DNA of 64,000 nt from Hyphomicrobiales bacterium (GCA_031398425.1 JANNNG010000226.1:9270-73269); one strand, 5' to 3'. Shown: positions 1 to 10,571, numbered from the stretch's first letter. The notes: generated from the sequence alone by a model not told the origin. Translations and numbers: made by a program.

Positions 1-2
1 TT

Positions 3-2480
3 ATCAAGGCCGCAGGCGGAAATCCGCAAGCAGCTCTCGCTGAAACCGAAGCAGCACTCCGCAAACAGCCCAAAGTTTCAGGTGGCGGTGCAGGCCAGGT
101 CTACCTTGCCCCCGAACTCGCCCGCGTGTTTGAAACCGCAAACAAACTCGCAACGAAGTCTGGAGACAGTTTTGTCACGGCCGAACGCTTGCTCCAGGCC
201 CTCGCCATGGAAAAAAGCGAGGCCGCCACCGCTCTCAAAAACGCCAATGTCACGCCGCAAGCCCTGAACACCGCCATCAACGAAATCCGCAAGGGCCGCA
301 CAGCTGATTCAGCCTCTGCTGAGCAAAGCTACGACGCGCTGAAAAAATATGCGCGTGACCTCACGCAAGCCGCAACAGACGGCAAGCTTGATCCCGTCAT
401 TGGCCGCGATGAAGAAATCCGCCGCACCATTCAGGTCCTCTCCCGCCGCACCAAGAACAACCCCGTCCTGATCGGCGAACCCGGTGTCGGCAAGACGGCC
501 ATTGCCGAAGGTCTGGCATTGCGCATCATCAAGGGCGATGTGCCGGAAAGTCTGAAGGACAAGAAACTTCTCTCCCTCGACATGGGTGCGCTCATTGCAG
601 GTGCGAAATTCCGTGGCGAATTTGAAGAGCGTTTGAAGGCTGTGCTCTCCGAAGTCACATCGTCTGATGGCGGCATCATCTTGTTCATCGATGAAATGCA
701 CACACTCGTCGGTGCCGGAAAAGCCGACGGTGCGATGGATGCTTCGAATCTGTTGAAGCCCGCTCTTGCCCGCGGCGAACTGCATTGCGTTGGTGCTACG
801 ACACTTGACGAGTTCAGAAAGCATGTCGAAAAAGACGCGGCTCTCGCAAGACGCTTCCAACCCATCTTTGTCAACGAACCATCAGTCGAAGACACGATTT
901 CCATCCTGCGCGGCATCAAGGAGAAATACGAACTGCACCACGGTGTGCGCATCACCGATGCCGCCATCGTTGCCGCCGCCACCTTGTCCAGCCGCTATAT
1001 CTCCGACCGATACCTTCCCGACAAGGCGATCGACCTCATGGACGAAGCAGGCTCACGTCTGCGTATGCAGGTCGACTCAAAGCCCGAAGAACTCGACGAA
1101 CTCGACCGCCGCGTCATGCAGTTGCAGATCGAGCGCGAAGCCTTGAAAAAGGAAACCGACTCTGCATCGAAAGATCGTCTTGTCAGACTCGAAAAAGAAC
1201 TCGCCGACACGGAAGAAAAATCTGCTGTGATGACGCGCAACTGGCAGGCCGAAAAAGAAAAACTCGCCAGCGCTTCGAAGCTTAAGGAAGAACTTGAGTC
1301 AGCACGCCGCGACCTCGAAATCGCCCAGCGCAAAGGCGACTTCGCCAAAGCAGGTGAACTCACCTATGGTAAAATTCCCGAACTGGAAAAGAAGCTCAGC
1401 GCCGCTGAAGCCCAGGGTTCCGGCAATCTGATGGAAGAAGCCGTCACAGCCTCCCACGTGGCCCAGGTCGTCTCGCGCTGGACCGGCATTCCTGTTGACA
1501 AGATGCTGGAGGGAGAACGCGAAAAACTCCTCGCCATGGAAGCCGAGCTGCAAAAGCGCGTCGTCGGGCAGGAAGATGCCGTCATCGCCGTCTCAACCGC
1601 CGTGCGTCGCGCCAGAGCAGGTTTGCAAGATCCCAACCGCCCCATCGGCTCCTTCATGTTTCTGGGCCCCACAGGTGTCGGCAAAACTGAACTCACAAAA
1701 GCCCTGGCCGGCTTCCTCTTCGATGATGAGCACGCGCTCCTCCGCATTGACATGTCGGAATATATGGAAAAGCATTCCGTCTCCCGTCTGATCGGTGCCC
1801 CTCCGGGCTACGTCGGATACGATGAAGGCGGTGCTTTGACCGAAGCCGTGCGCCGCCGCCCCTATCAGGTTGTCCTTTTCGACGAAATCGAAAAGGCCCA
1901 CCCCGATGTCTTCAACATCCTCTTGCAGGTGTTGGATGATGGCCGTCTCACCGACGGTCAGGGCCGCACCGTGGATTTCAAGAATACCCTCATCATCATG
2001 ACCTCCAACATGGGCAGCGAATTCCTCGTGAACCTCGCCGAAGGACAAGATGTTGACGTGGTGAAGGATGAAGTCATGAATGTGGTCAAACGCTCCTTCC
2101 GACCTGAATTCTTGAATCGCGTTGATGACATCATCCTGTTCCACCGCCTGATGCGCCAGCACATGGGCTCAATCGTCGACATCCAACTTGGGCGTCTCAA
2201 GAAATTGCTCAGTGAACGGAAGATTACGGTAGACCTGTCACCGGAAGCAAAACAGCTTTTGGCCGACAAGGGCTATGATCCTGCCTATGGTGCCAGACCG
2301 CTGAAACGCGTCATCCAGAAATCTATTCAAGACCCGCTGGCGGAAGAAATCCTTTCGGGCCGCGTGAAAGATGGCGACACGGTAGAGGTGGACGTAAAAT
2401 CCGGAACCCTCGTCTTCAACGGCACAATACCCGTCCAGCAGGCAACACAAGCCAAACCTGCAGTGGCGACGTTCCACTGA
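3..2480 (+). CDS. clpB: ATP-dependent chaperone ClpB (5' end lies before the window)
   Basis: Frame is open from base 3 (IKAAGGNPQ...[11 protein letters not shown]). Two AAA+ modules ([16 protein letters not shown]), coiled-coil middle domain, [13 protein letters not shown]. Confidence 0.98.
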   Translation: MKAAGGNPQAALAETEAALRKQPKVSGGGAGQVYLAPELARVFETANKLATKSGDSFVTAERLLQALAMEKSEAATALKNANVTPQALNTAINEIRKGRTADSASAEQSYDALKKYARDLTQAATDGKLDPVIGRDEEIRRTIQVLSRRTKNNPVLIGEPGVGKTAIAEGLALRIIKGDVPESLKDKKLLSLDMGALIAGAKFRGEFEERLKAVLSEVTSSDGGIILFIDEMHTLVGAGKADGAMDASNLLKPALARGELHCVGATTLDEFRKHVEKDAALARRFQPIFVNEPSVEDTISILRGIKEKYELHHGVRITDAAIVAAATLSSRYISDRYLPDKAIDLMDEAGSRLRMQVDSKPEELDELDRRVMQLQIEREALKKETDSASKDRLVRLEKELADTEEKSAVMTRNWQAEKEKLASASKLKEELESARRDLEIAQRKGDFAKAGELTYGKIPELEKKLSAAEAQGSGNLMEEAVTASHVAQVVSRWTGIPVDKMLEGEREKLLAMEAELQKRVVGQEDAVIAVSTAVRRARAGLQDPNRPIGSFMFLGPTGVGKTELTKALAGFLFDDEHALLRIDMSEYMEKHSVSRLIGAPPGYVGYDEGGALTEAVRRRPYQVVLFDEIEKAHPDVFNILLQVLDDGRLTDGQGRTVDFKNTLIIMTSNMGSEFLVNLAEGQDVDVVKDEVMNVVKRSFRPEFLNRVDDIILFHRLMRQHMGSIVDIQLGRLKKLLSERKITVDLSPEAKQLLADKGYDPAYGARPLKRVIQKSIQDPLAEEILSGRVKDGDTVEVDVKSGTLVFNGTIPVQQATQAKPAVATFH

Positions 2481-2526
2481 GAATTCCCTCTCCGTCACGC
2501 GTTCCGCGTTGACGGAGAGGGAATTC
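2481..2526. terminator. Palindromic hairpin between convergent clpB and PP2C-like gene (REP-like, probable bidirectional terminator)
   Basis: Perfect 17-bp arms gaattccctctccgtca / tgacggagagggaattc around an inner cgcg-ttc-cgcg hairpin. Confidence 0.75.
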
Positions 2527-3376
2527 AATCACCCAGCACTACTACCGTTGCATCATCCCGGGGCTTGAAGCGCGGATATCTCTGGCACCCCGCATCAGCA
2601 TCCTCAAGCCCTCGCATCGTCTGCAACAATTCTGCCGCACCCTGCTGCGTCTGGCATGCTGCCATCAGCCCAGCATCATCAAACATCCCGTAGTAATCCA
2701 CACAGCGATAAAATCCATCCGTACACAGAAGAAGTGAATGAGGCCGCCCCAGCGTCATGAACTGCGGCATGAACAAAGAGCGCTCATGTGGTTCGACAAT
2801 GCTGTAGCCTCCCGGACGATTGCGGGTGCTGCGATTGGCCAACATCAGGGGAGCAAATTCTGCGGTCAACACCTTGATGTCGAGCTGACCGGCATCTCTG
2901 CGCTTTCGCACCTCGGTTTGCAGCTCGGCTTCAAGGTCGATCAGATTGGAAACAGGCGCCGCGTGGTGACGCACCTCGCTGTTTCGAGTGAGAAGAAAAC
3001 TGTCGCCCAGACGAAGAGCGTTCCACCCCTGGTCGGTTTTCTTCACGATCAACAGGCAACAGGCAGGAAGATCATGGTCGTCAGGAATCTCGAGGCCCTG
3101 CGAAGCAACCCGCCAGTCAGAAAGGATGCGCGACACGAGCTCACTCAGAAGAGCTTGCAGTGAGATGTCACTGGCCGCGAGTTCATGCAGATGCTTTTGC
3201 ACCCGCTCCACGATCCAGATTGCATCCGTGTGTGCAGACAGGATATTGCCCGTGTTGATACCCGTCACACCATCAATCACCCAGGCAGCAGTGATCTCGC
3301 CATCGCGTTCAATGAAGCCCAATGCATCCTCATTGTGCATTCCACTCGGCAAGGTGATCGCACTCACCAGCTTCAC
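2525..3376 (-). CDS. PPM/PP2C-fold phosphatase-like protein
   Basis: Metal-binding motifs in the expected order: NED, WVIDG, LGDS, LLCTDG, PRFKPRDDAT. Confidence 0.8.
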   Translation of the reverse strand: MKLVSAITLPSGMHNEDALGFIERDGEITAAWVIDGVTGINTGNILSAHTDAIWIVERVQKHLHELAASDISLQALLSELVSRILSDWRVASQGLEIPDDHDLPACCLLIVKKTDQGWNALRLGDSFLLTRNSEVRHHAAPVSNLIDLEAELQTEVRKRRDAGQLDIKVLTAEFAPLMLANRSTRNRPGGYSIVEPHERSLFMPQFMTLGRPHSLLLCTDGFYRCVDYYGMFDDAGLMAACQTQQGAAELLQTMRGLEDADAGCQRYPRFKPRDDATVVVLGD

Positions 3377-4437
3377 AGGTCAATCACCTTGCCTGTGCGC
3401 ACGCTTTCATCCGCCGCCAGCACGATGCGCAGTGAATTGATCGCCTCTTCCACATGCAGGGTCATGTCCCGGTCATTGATGATGGCATCCAGAAACAAGG
3501 CCTGCTCGCGGTTGCAAAGTTCCTGATGACCAGGCTCGTCGTCCATAAGGATGAGATCGTCACTGCGAGCGAATGTGCCATCCGGTTTCAACCTACCGTG
3601 ATGCACACGCAACGCCGAAGTTTTGGTGTGTGCATCGACATCTGATGAATCCGCTTTTGCTTCATCCATCGCAATCGACACGGACCCCCTGGGCCCGATC
3701 ATGTCCTTCACGAAAAACGCCGTTTCGCTCATCATTGGACCCCAACCCGCCTCATACCAACCGACAGAGCCATCATCGAACGTCACCTGCAACTGGCCAT
3801 AGTTATACATGCCCTCGTCAATGTCATCAGTCAGCCGAACGCCAATTGCATGCACACGCTTTGGCCTGGCCTCTGTGACCTGACACATCACATCGACATA
3901 GTGAACGCCACAATCCACAATCGGCGAAATAGACTGCATCAACTGCTTGTGCACAGTCCACTGGTCACCTGACGATTGCTGATTGAGGTTCATGCGCATG
4001 ACAAGCGGCTTGCCGAGAGTCTTTCCCACTTCGATGAACTTGATCCATGACGGATGCACACGGAGAATATAGCCAATGACGATCTTTCGGTTCGTTGCCT
4101 TCGCCAGTGCCGCGATGTCCGTCGCCTCGGCAACTGTCGCTGCCAGCGGCTTCTCGATGAAAACATGGGCATTCGTGTGCAACGCCATGCGGGCATATTC
4201 CGCATGAGTGTCTGGCCACGTATTGACGGAGACAGCATCAGGTTTGAGTGTGGCCAGCGCTTGTCCATAGTCGGAGAAGCGGGGAATGCCTGGAAACTCC
4301 TGTACGAGATCACTCCGCTTCTCGATACCGCGCGAACACAACCCTACAATCTCAAATCCGTCATTGCCAGCATAAGCCCGCGCATGCGACAGCCCCATGT
4401 TGCCCAACCCCACCACCAGAACCCTGACCTTGCTCAT
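3373..4437 (-). CDS. Gfo/Idh/MocA family NAD(P)-dependent oxidoreductase
   Basis: N-terminal VVGLGNMG Rossmann motif, HVFIEKP, DCGVHYVD. Confidence 0.93.
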   Translation of the reverse strand: MSKVRVLVVGLGNMGLSHARAYAGNDGFEIVGLCSRGIEKRSDLVQEFPGIPRFSDYGQALATLKPDAVSVNTWPDTHAEYARMALHTNAHVFIEKPLAATVAEATDIAALAKATNRKIVIGYILRVHPSWIKFIEVGKTLGKPLVMRMNLNQQSSGDQWTVHKQLMQSISPIVDCGVHYVDVMCQVTEARPKRVHAIGVRLTDDIDEGMYNYGQLQVTFDDGSVGWYEAGWGPMMSETAFFVKDMIGPRGSVSIAMDEAKADSSDVDAHTKTSALRVHHGRLKPDGTFARSDDLILMDDEPGHQELCNREQALFLDAIINDRDMTLHVEEAINSLRIVLAADESVRTGKVIDL

Positions 4438-5567
4438 TGCCCTTCAATCCATGTTTGTGTGACGTTGAGATCATCATCAAGATGAACAAGGCTGGCAAGA
4501 GCACCCGGAGCAATCAAGCCCAGTTGATTTTGCAAACCAAGAAATCGCGCAGGGTTGGTCGAAGCCATGCGCAGGGCAACACCAAAATCAACACCAAGCC
4601 GGGTTACACAATAGCGGAGTGCTGCATCCATTGTGAGATTTGATCCCGCAAGGGTGCCGTCCTCCAGTGTCAGTCGGTCCAGCACGCGCATGACAGTCCT
4701 GCCTTGCAGCGTGAAGGTGTCTGGCCCACCAGCAGCAGACGCCATGGCATCGGTGATCAACATGAAACGGTCTGACGATGTGGCGACCATGGCAAGCTTC
4801 AGCGCGGTGTCATGGATATGGTGACCATCGGCTATCACGCCGATATAACTCTTGTCGTCAGACAAGGCCGCCCCCACCATGCCGGGTTCGCGGCCACTAA
4901 GCTGGCTCATGGCATTGAACAGATGGGTAAAGCTCGTGGCACCCGCTGCCAATGCGGCCTGTGCCACATCAAAGCTTGCATCAGAATGGCCGAGGCTGAC
5001 AATAATGCCAGCGTCCCTCAGGTTCCGGATCTGATCTGGCGAAACACGATTGGGCGCAACCGTCAGCATCAGCTTTCCGCAATCCGCTTTTCTCAAGAGC
5101 TGAAGATCAGTTTCCGTCAGTGTACGGATTAATGTTGCATCATGCGCCCCTTTCCGCGCCACATCCAGAAACGGACCTTCCACATGAATGCCAAGCACAC
5201 CTGGCACACCCGCATGCCGTGCCTCACGCACGGCAGAAATTGCAGACGACATGATGTCGGGCACATCGGTGATGACGGTAGGCAGCAGCCCCGTCGTGCC
5301 GTGGCGACGATGCGATGTTGCAATCCGGCGGACAACGTCCAATGATGGACCGCTGTTCAGCAGCGCTCCGCCACCGCCATTCACCTGCACATCGATAAAT
5401 CCGGGTGCCAGAATACCGCCTTCAAGCTTGATTTTTTCGTGACCATCTGGAATCGCATTGTCAGCCCCGATGGCAACGATACAGCGGTCTTCAATAACGA
5501 CAGCTTGATGATCATGAAATTCTGCACCATCAAAGACCCGTGCTCCCGTCAATGCAAAGCCCATCAC
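4434..5567 (-). CDS. nagA: N-acetylglucosamine-6-phosphate deacetylase
   Basis: PGFIDVQVNG, IHVEGPF, GAH, THLFNAM, DGHH, ITDAM, LAGSNL motifs. Confidence 0.95.
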   Translation of the reverse strand: MMGFALTGARVFDGAEFHDHQAVVIEDRCIVAIGADNAIPDGHEKIKLEGGILAPGFIDVQVNGGGGALLNSGPSLDVVRRIATSHRRHGTTGLLPTVITDVPDIMSSAISAVREARHAGVPGVLGIHVEGPFLDVARKGAHDATLIRTLTETDLQLLRKADCGKLMLTVAPNRVSPDQIRNLRDAGIIVSLGHSDASFDVAQAALAAGATSFTHLFNAMSQLSGREPGMVGAALSDDKSYIGVIADGHHIHDTALKLAMVATSSDRFMLITDAMASAAGGPDTFTLQGRTVMRVLDRLTLEDGTLAGSNLTMDAALRYCVTRLGVDFGVALRMASTNPARFLGLQNQLGLIAPGALASLVHLDDDLNVTQTWIEGQ

Positions 5568-6568
5568 AGCGTCTCCGTCACCTTTTGCAACAGGCGCGGC
5601 TGATCGGGATTGCGCCCAAGAGCAACGGCAAGTTTTTCAATGGCGAGATAGGCGGTTTGCACCATGAGAATGGGTTCAAGCAGCGGATGCGCAGCCTCGA
5701 TGCTGGGCAAGTCCTCGCCGACGACAAGCACATGCGCCCCGGTTCGTCGCAGGCGTGCAACAGCAGCAAGTGTGCCCTCTCGCGCGGCATCATGTGGCGC
5801 GAAGGCCAGCACGGGAAAACCTTTTTCCACCAGTTCAAGCGGCCCGTGCATCACCTCCGCCGTCGAATAGGCCTCCGCATGAATGGCGCATGTCTCCTTC
5901 AGCTTGAGCGCCGTTTCCGCTGCAACCGGCAGGGCCGGCCCACGTCCCAGCACATAGAGTGATGCAGCATCACGCAAACCATCAACGAAGCGAGGCCACG
6001 ACACCTGACAAGCCTCATGCAGCTGTTGCGGCAACAACGCCACAGCACGCTGCAACGCGCCATCATTCGTCCACGCCGCCACGAGGGCAGCAGCCGCTGC
6101 AAGCGAAACGATGAAGGACTTTGTTGCGGCAACACTCTGCTCTGGTCCGGCATGGAGTGGCAGACACATGTCGGCGGCATCAGCCACCGGAGAGTGCTCG
6201 ACATTGACCAACGCAACAGTGAATGCACCAGATGCTTTGGCGGCCTGCTGCAGGGCCACGATATCAGGACTTTTGCCTGACTGAGAAATTGTGACCATCA
6301 GGCCACCGCGCACTTTCAGCTTCGCTCCATAGACACTGACGACGGAGGCTCCAACAGATGCCACAGGAGTGCCAGTGACGATTTCGGTCAGATATTTGAA
6401 ATAGGCTGCCGCATGATCAGAACTGCCCCTTGCTGATGTCAGCACGACAGTAGGAGGCGAAGTCGCCAACTGCTTGCCGATATCAACAAGACCGCGTGCA
6501 TTCTGGTCCAGAAATCGCTGCACAGCATCCGGTGCTTCGCGCGCTTCGCTCTGCATGAAGCTCGTCAT
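5564..6568 (-). CDS. nagB: SIS-domain glucosamine-6-phosphate deaminase (NagB-II / GlmS C-terminal-like)
   Basis: ARGSSDHA, ISQSGKSPD, VAATKS, LKLKET, EVMHGP, NPDQPRLLQKVTET. No glutaminase domain. Confidence 0.85.
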   Translation of the reverse strand: MTSFMQSEAREAPDAVQRFLDQNARGLVDIGKQLATSPPTVVLTSARGSSDHAAAYFKYLTEIVTGTPVASVGASVVSVYGAKLKVRGGLMVTISQSGKSPDIVALQQAAKASGAFTVALVNVEHSPVADAADMCLPLHAGPEQSVAATKSFIVSLAAAAALVAAWTNDGALQRAVALLPQQLHEACQVSWPRFVDGLRDAASLYVLGRGPALPVAAETALKLKETCAIHAEAYSTAEVMHGPLELVEKGFPVLAFAPHDAAREGTLAAVARLRRTGAHVLVVGEDLPSIEAAHPLLEPILMVQTAYLAIEKLAVALGRNPDQPRLLQKVTETL

Positions 6569-7332
6569 CGCGCCTCCGGAGCCAGCGTCAGTTCCGCCAC
6601 GAAGTCATAACTGTCACCCCGGTAATGCGAACGCGTGTATTCAACAATGCGGCCATCTGCGAGATAGGAGATACGTTCCACAAACAGGGCTGCACTGCCA
6701 TCAGGCTGGTCCAGCCAATCCGCTTCTTGCGCATTCAATGATGTGGCATGCAACCGCTGCAAGGCCCGCACGGGGCGAAGGCCTTTTGCATCCAGCACGG
6801 CGTAGAGCGAGTGCTGCACAACCGTCACATCATTGAGAAAGCGGTGCGGCACCACCGCGTGTTCTATGGCCAGCGGCTCACCATCGGCATGACGCAAGCG
6901 ATGAAAGCGGCAAACATGTTCAGAAGGTGAGATGGAAAGCTTGATCGCCTCCTCCGGCGTTGCAAGTCCAGACGAACGATCAAGCCAGCGGGCTTGCGTC
7001 TTCAAACCTCTCAGTGCCATGTCCTCGGTGAAACTGGTCAAGCGTGACAGAGGAAGTTCGATACGGCTCGTTCGCTCGCGCACATAGGTGCCAGAACCGC
7101 GCCGCTGCACCAGCACACCTTCATCCACCAATTCTGTGAACGCCTTGCGTACGGTGACACGGCTCACATCCAGCAATTCCGCCACATCACGTTCACTGGG
7201 AACAGAATCGCCAGCCTTCAACTCGCCATCAGCAATCGCGTCCTGCACCAACAGCTTGAGGCGCTGATAAAGCGGCGCGTGTTGCCGCGCCTGAAAGCGC
7301 TGTTGTGCAAACACCCGGGCAGCGATAGTCAT
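6565..7332 (-). CDS. nagQ: GntR/HutC-family transcriptional regulator (NagQ-like)
   Basis: PSERDVAELLDVSRVTVRKA wHTH plus UTRA domain. Sits inside a nag operon, with TGGTATT repeats upstream. Confidence 0.8.
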   Translation of the reverse strand: MTIAARVFAQQRFQARQHAPLYQRLKLLVQDAIADGELKAGDSVPSERDVAELLDVSRVTVRKAFTELVDEGVLVQRRGSGTYVRERTSRIELPLSRLTSFTEDMALRGLKTQARWLDRSSGLATPEEAIKLSISPSEHVCRFHRLRHADGEPLAIEHAVVPHRFLNDVTVVQHSLYAVLDAKGLRPVRALQRLHATSLNAQEADWLDQPDGSAALFVERISYLADGRIVEYTRSHYRGDSYDFVAELTLAPEAR

Positions 7333-8213
7333 GACCAGTGCTCTGGCAGACCCTGCGCGCGCCTTGCCATCATGATCGCACCATCAACGGCGTCTGCATC
7401 AGGCAAAACCAGCGCCGCTCGTACATCAGCATCAAGATAGGGCGGATAGACCTGCGCCAACCCTCCCAGGATACAGAGCCGCCCTGCCCCCCGTGCCAAC
7501 AAGGCGTGGCCCAGTTTTGAAATCGCAGCAGCCCCTTCAATCACAATGGTCATGCCCTGCACATCCGCCCGACCTGCATGCTCGAACACCAGCGGTGCGA
7601 AGCTTGCATAGTCACGCGGTGTTGCGGTTTCCGACCAGCGCGACAATGCGTGCCGCGTGCGCCCCGCCCTCCGTAACACCGCTTCAATCAATGCTGTGGG
7701 CTGCAACAATCCATCCAGCGCCAGCGCCGCACGCCGCACAGCATGGTGCCCCAGCCACGCACCCGAACCATGGTCCCCCAATTGAAAGCCCCAGCCCCCC
7801 ACCATATGACGAATGTCATCCACCACGCCAAAACCGATGGACCCCGTGCCCGCAATGACGATGCCGCCATTGCTGCCACTGAACGCTCCCATGCAGGCCG
7901 CATAGGCATCGTTGTCAGCGATCACGGACGCAAACGGCAAATGCGCGGCGTGAATTTTTTCGGCCCCAACCGACGTCACAATACCAGCAAGCCCCAACCC
8001 CGCATGCAGTTGTTCTATCGCAACACCAGCAAGCAAAGCAGCTTCCGCTCCAGCAGCGATGATGTTCGCAATCGAACCGTCAAAGTTCTGATAGATATTG
8101 GCAGGACCACCCGACGCCTCACCCAGCACACGTCCATTCACGTCGCGGATGCGCGCCCGGCACTTCGAACCGCCGCCGTCGATTCCCAGAAAAAACTGCC
8201 GCGAAGTGGTCAT
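7329..8213 (-). CDS. nagK: BadF/BadG/BcrA/BcrD-type N-acetylglucosamine kinase
   Basis: LGIDGGGSKCR, GPAN, NDAYAA, IAGTGSI, GGWGFQLGDHGSGAW. Confidence 0.85.
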   Translation of the reverse strand: MTTSRQFFLGIDGGGSKCRARIRDVNGRVLGEASGGPANIYQNFDGSIANIIAAGAEAALLAGVAIEQLHAGLGLAGIVTSVGAEKIHAAHLPFASVIADNDAYAACMGAFSGSNGGIVIAGTGSIGFGVVDDIRHMVGGWGFQLGDHGSGAWLGHHAVRRAALALDGLLQPTALIEAVLRRAGRTRHALSRWSETATPRDYASFAPLVFEHAGRADVQGMTIVIEGAAAISKLGHALLARGAGRLCILGGLAQVYPPYLDADVRAALVLPDADAVDGAIMMARRAQGLPEHWS

Positions 8214-8222
8214 GCCACCGAC

Positions 8223-8240
8223 AATACCAAAACAATACCA
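8223..8240 (-). promoter_or_regulatory. Tandem TGGTATT repeat (putative NagQ operator) upstream of nagK
   Basis: aatacca at 8223-8229 and 8234-8240 (11-bp period), i.e. TGGTATT x2 on the minus strand. Confidence 0.65.
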
Positions 8241-8333
8241 TATTGAAAAGACATTTTTAACTTATCGTAATCAATTGAATTTATTTCATAATTACGAACA
8301 CAGTGTAGCCAGATAAAATCTCCTCTCGACAAG

Positions 8334-8351
8334 TGGTTTTATTTTGGTATT
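8334..8351 (+). promoter_or_regulatory. Tandem TGGTTTT/TGGTATT repeat (putative NagQ operator) upstream of murQ
   Basis: tggtttt 8334-8340 and tggtatt 8345-8351, same 11-bp period, ending 8 bp before the murQ ATG. Confidence 0.6.
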
Positions 8352-8359
8352 TGTTGACC

Positions 8360-9268
8360 ATGGAAAGTCGAACTTCAACCGAGTCCAGCCTGGCCGATCT
8401 CACGGGCTTCGACACCTGGGATGACCAGCGCATTCTCGCAGCCTTGCTGGCGGGCCAACGGCGCGCACTGGATGCGGTGGAACGCGCCCTTCCCGCCATC
8501 GCGCAGGCAGCAGCACTGGTTACCGATCGCATTGGCAAAAGCGGTCACCTGTTTTATGCTGGTGCTGGCACATCCATCCGCGTCGGCGTCCAGGACGGCA
8601 CGGAACTGCCCGCCACCTTTGGCCTGTCGGAAGACAAGCTTGAATATCTCATTGCCGGTGGCAAGGCCGCCATGTTCGAAACCATGGCCGATGCCGAAGA
8701 TGACGTGGCCGCAGGCCGCACCGCTGCGCAAGTCTGCACCGCTGCAGACGTGCTCATCGCCATCGCCGCATCAGGCCGCACGCCCTACACCATTGCCGCT
8801 GCCGAGCAGGCGCAGGAATTGGGCTGTGCCGTCATCACCATTGTCAATAATGCCGGTTCCCCCCTGTCAATGCTTGGCGACGTGAGAGTCACGATCGAAA
8901 CCGGCGCAGAGGTCATCTCCGGTTCAACGCGATTGTCTGCCGGCACGGCACAGAAGGCCACTCTCAATCTGATCTCGTCCCTCGCCTTCACGCGCCTGGG
9001 TGCCGTGCATGATGGTTTGATGGTGAACGTCGAGGCCGGCAACAGTAAACTCGTTGCAAGGTCGCGTGGCATCGTCATGAAGATTGCGGGCGTAGATGAC
9101 GTCGCGGCAGGTGATGCATTGGAGGAAACCAGCAACGACATCAAATCAGCTATTCTCATTTGCAAAGGTGCTCGTCTTGCTGAAGCGCAACGACTGTTGA
9201 GCGAAGAAAATGGAAATCTGCGACGGGCCCTGGCCACCCACTTGTCGAAACTTCAAACATCGGTGTAG
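8360..9268 (+). CDS. murQ: N-acetylmuramic acid 6-phosphate etherase
   Basis: YAGAGTS, QDGTELPATFG, AED, IAASGRTPY, GAEVISGSTRLSAGTAQK, LMVNV. Confidence 0.88.
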   Translation: MESRTSTESSLADLTGFDTWDDQRILAALLAGQRRALDAVERALPAIAQAAALVTDRIGKSGHLFYAGAGTSIRVGVQDGTELPATFGLSEDKLEYLIAGGKAAMFETMADAEDDVAAGRTAAQVCTAADVLIAIAASGRTPYTIAAAEQAQELGCAVITIVNNAGSPLSMLGDVRVTIETGAEVISGSTRLSAGTAQKATLNLISSLAFTRLGAVHDGLMVNVEAGNSKLVARSRGIVMKIAGVDDVAAGDALEETSNDIKSAILICKGARLAEAQRLLSEENGNLRRALATHLSKLQTSV

Positions 9269-9305
9269 CCTCAATATTATTCAATCATGGAAAGGGAGTA
9301 TAAAA

Positions 9306-10556
9306 ATGAAAACAACGCTGAAAACCCTGTTGCTGGCCGCCGTGGCCACAACGGCACTGGCCTCCGCCGCATCCGCCGGAAAGCTCACCATCGAAAGCTG
9401 GCGCAACGATGATGCGGCGATCTGGAAAGACAAGATCATCCCCGCTTTCAACGCCAAGCACCCCGACATCCAGGTGGAATTCACGCCAACGGCACCGAAA
9501 GAATACAATGCCGCGTTGAATGCACGCCTTGAAGGCGGCACAGCTGGCGACATCATCACCTGCCGCCCCTTTGATGCCTCACTCGAACTCTTTACCAAAG
9601 GCAATCTCGCAGCGTTGAACGATCTGCCATCAATGGCAAATTTCTCTGACGTCGCCAAAAGTGCCTGGACTACGGATGATGGCAAGAGCACATTCTGCGT
9701 GCCCATGGCGTCGGTGATCCACGGCTTCATCTACAACAAGGACATCTTCAAGGAAGTGGGCGTTGAACCGCCGAAGACAGAAGAAGAATTTTTGGCCGTC
9801 CTCGAAAAGATCAAGGCCAATGGCAAATACACGCCCCTCGTGATGGGCACCAACGACCAGTGGGAAGCCGCCACCATGGGCTTCCAGAACATTGGCCCCA
9901 ATTACTGGAAAGGCGAGGAAGGCAGGAAAGGCCTGATTGATGGAACTGCGAAACTCACCGACAAACCCTACGTCGATACCTTTGCAGCACTCGCCAAATG
10001 GTCACCCTACATGGGTGAAGGTTACAAAGCACAAACCTATCCCGACAGCCAGAACCTCTTCGGCCTCGGCAAGGGTGCCGTCTACGCTGCGGGCTCCTGG
10101 GACATTTCCACTTTCCGTGGCCAGAATGTGAACATGGGTGCCTTCAAGGCTCCGCCACCAGCGGGCAGTGATTGCTACATCTCCGACCACACTGACATCG
10201 GCATCGGCCTCAACGCCAAATCAGCCAATGCCGCTGAGGCCAAGATGTTTCTGGATTGGGTGGGATCAGAAGAATTCGCCAACATCTTTGCAAACTCCCT
10301 GCCCGGCTTTTTCCCCTTGTCCAACGCCAAGATCACCCTGTCGGATGATGTGGCGCAGGAATTCGTGAACTGGCGCGGCACCTGCAAATCCACAATCCGC
10401 AACAGCTATCAGATCCTGTCGCGCGGCACGCCGAACCTTGAGAACGAAATGTGGAACGTGTCGGCACAAGTGCTGAACGGCAGCATGACACCGCAAGCCG
10501 CAACAACCCAGCTGCAGGATGGCTTGAAGAAGTGGTACGCCCCACAGCAGAAATAG
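9306..10556 (+). CDS. Carbohydrate ABC transporter (CUT1) substrate-binding protein
   Basis: Signal peptide, SBP_bac_1-like sequence, GGGAG RBS, first gene of an SBP-permease-permease-ATPase set. Confidence 0.92.
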   Translation: MKTTLKTLLLAAVATTALASAASAGKLTIESWRNDDAAIWKDKIIPAFNAKHPDIQVEFTPTAPKEYNAALNARLEGGTAGDIITCRPFDASLELFTKGNLAALNDLPSMANFSDVAKSAWTTDDGKSTFCVPMASVIHGFIYNKDIFKEVGVEPPKTEEEFLAVLEKIKANGKYTPLVMGTNDQWEAATMGFQNIGPNYWKGEEGRKGLIDGTAKLTDKPYVDTFAALAKWSPYMGEGYKAQTYPDSQNLFGLGKGAVYAAGSWDISTFRGQNVNMGAFKAPPPAGSDCYISDHTDIGIGLNAKSANAAEAKMFLDWVGSEEFANIFANSLPGFFPLSNAKITLSDDVAQEFVNWRGTCKSTIRNSYQILSRGTPNLENEMWNVSAQVLNGSMTPQAATTQLQDGLKKWYAPQQK

Positions 10557-10571
10557 TAGTTTGCCCTTAAG

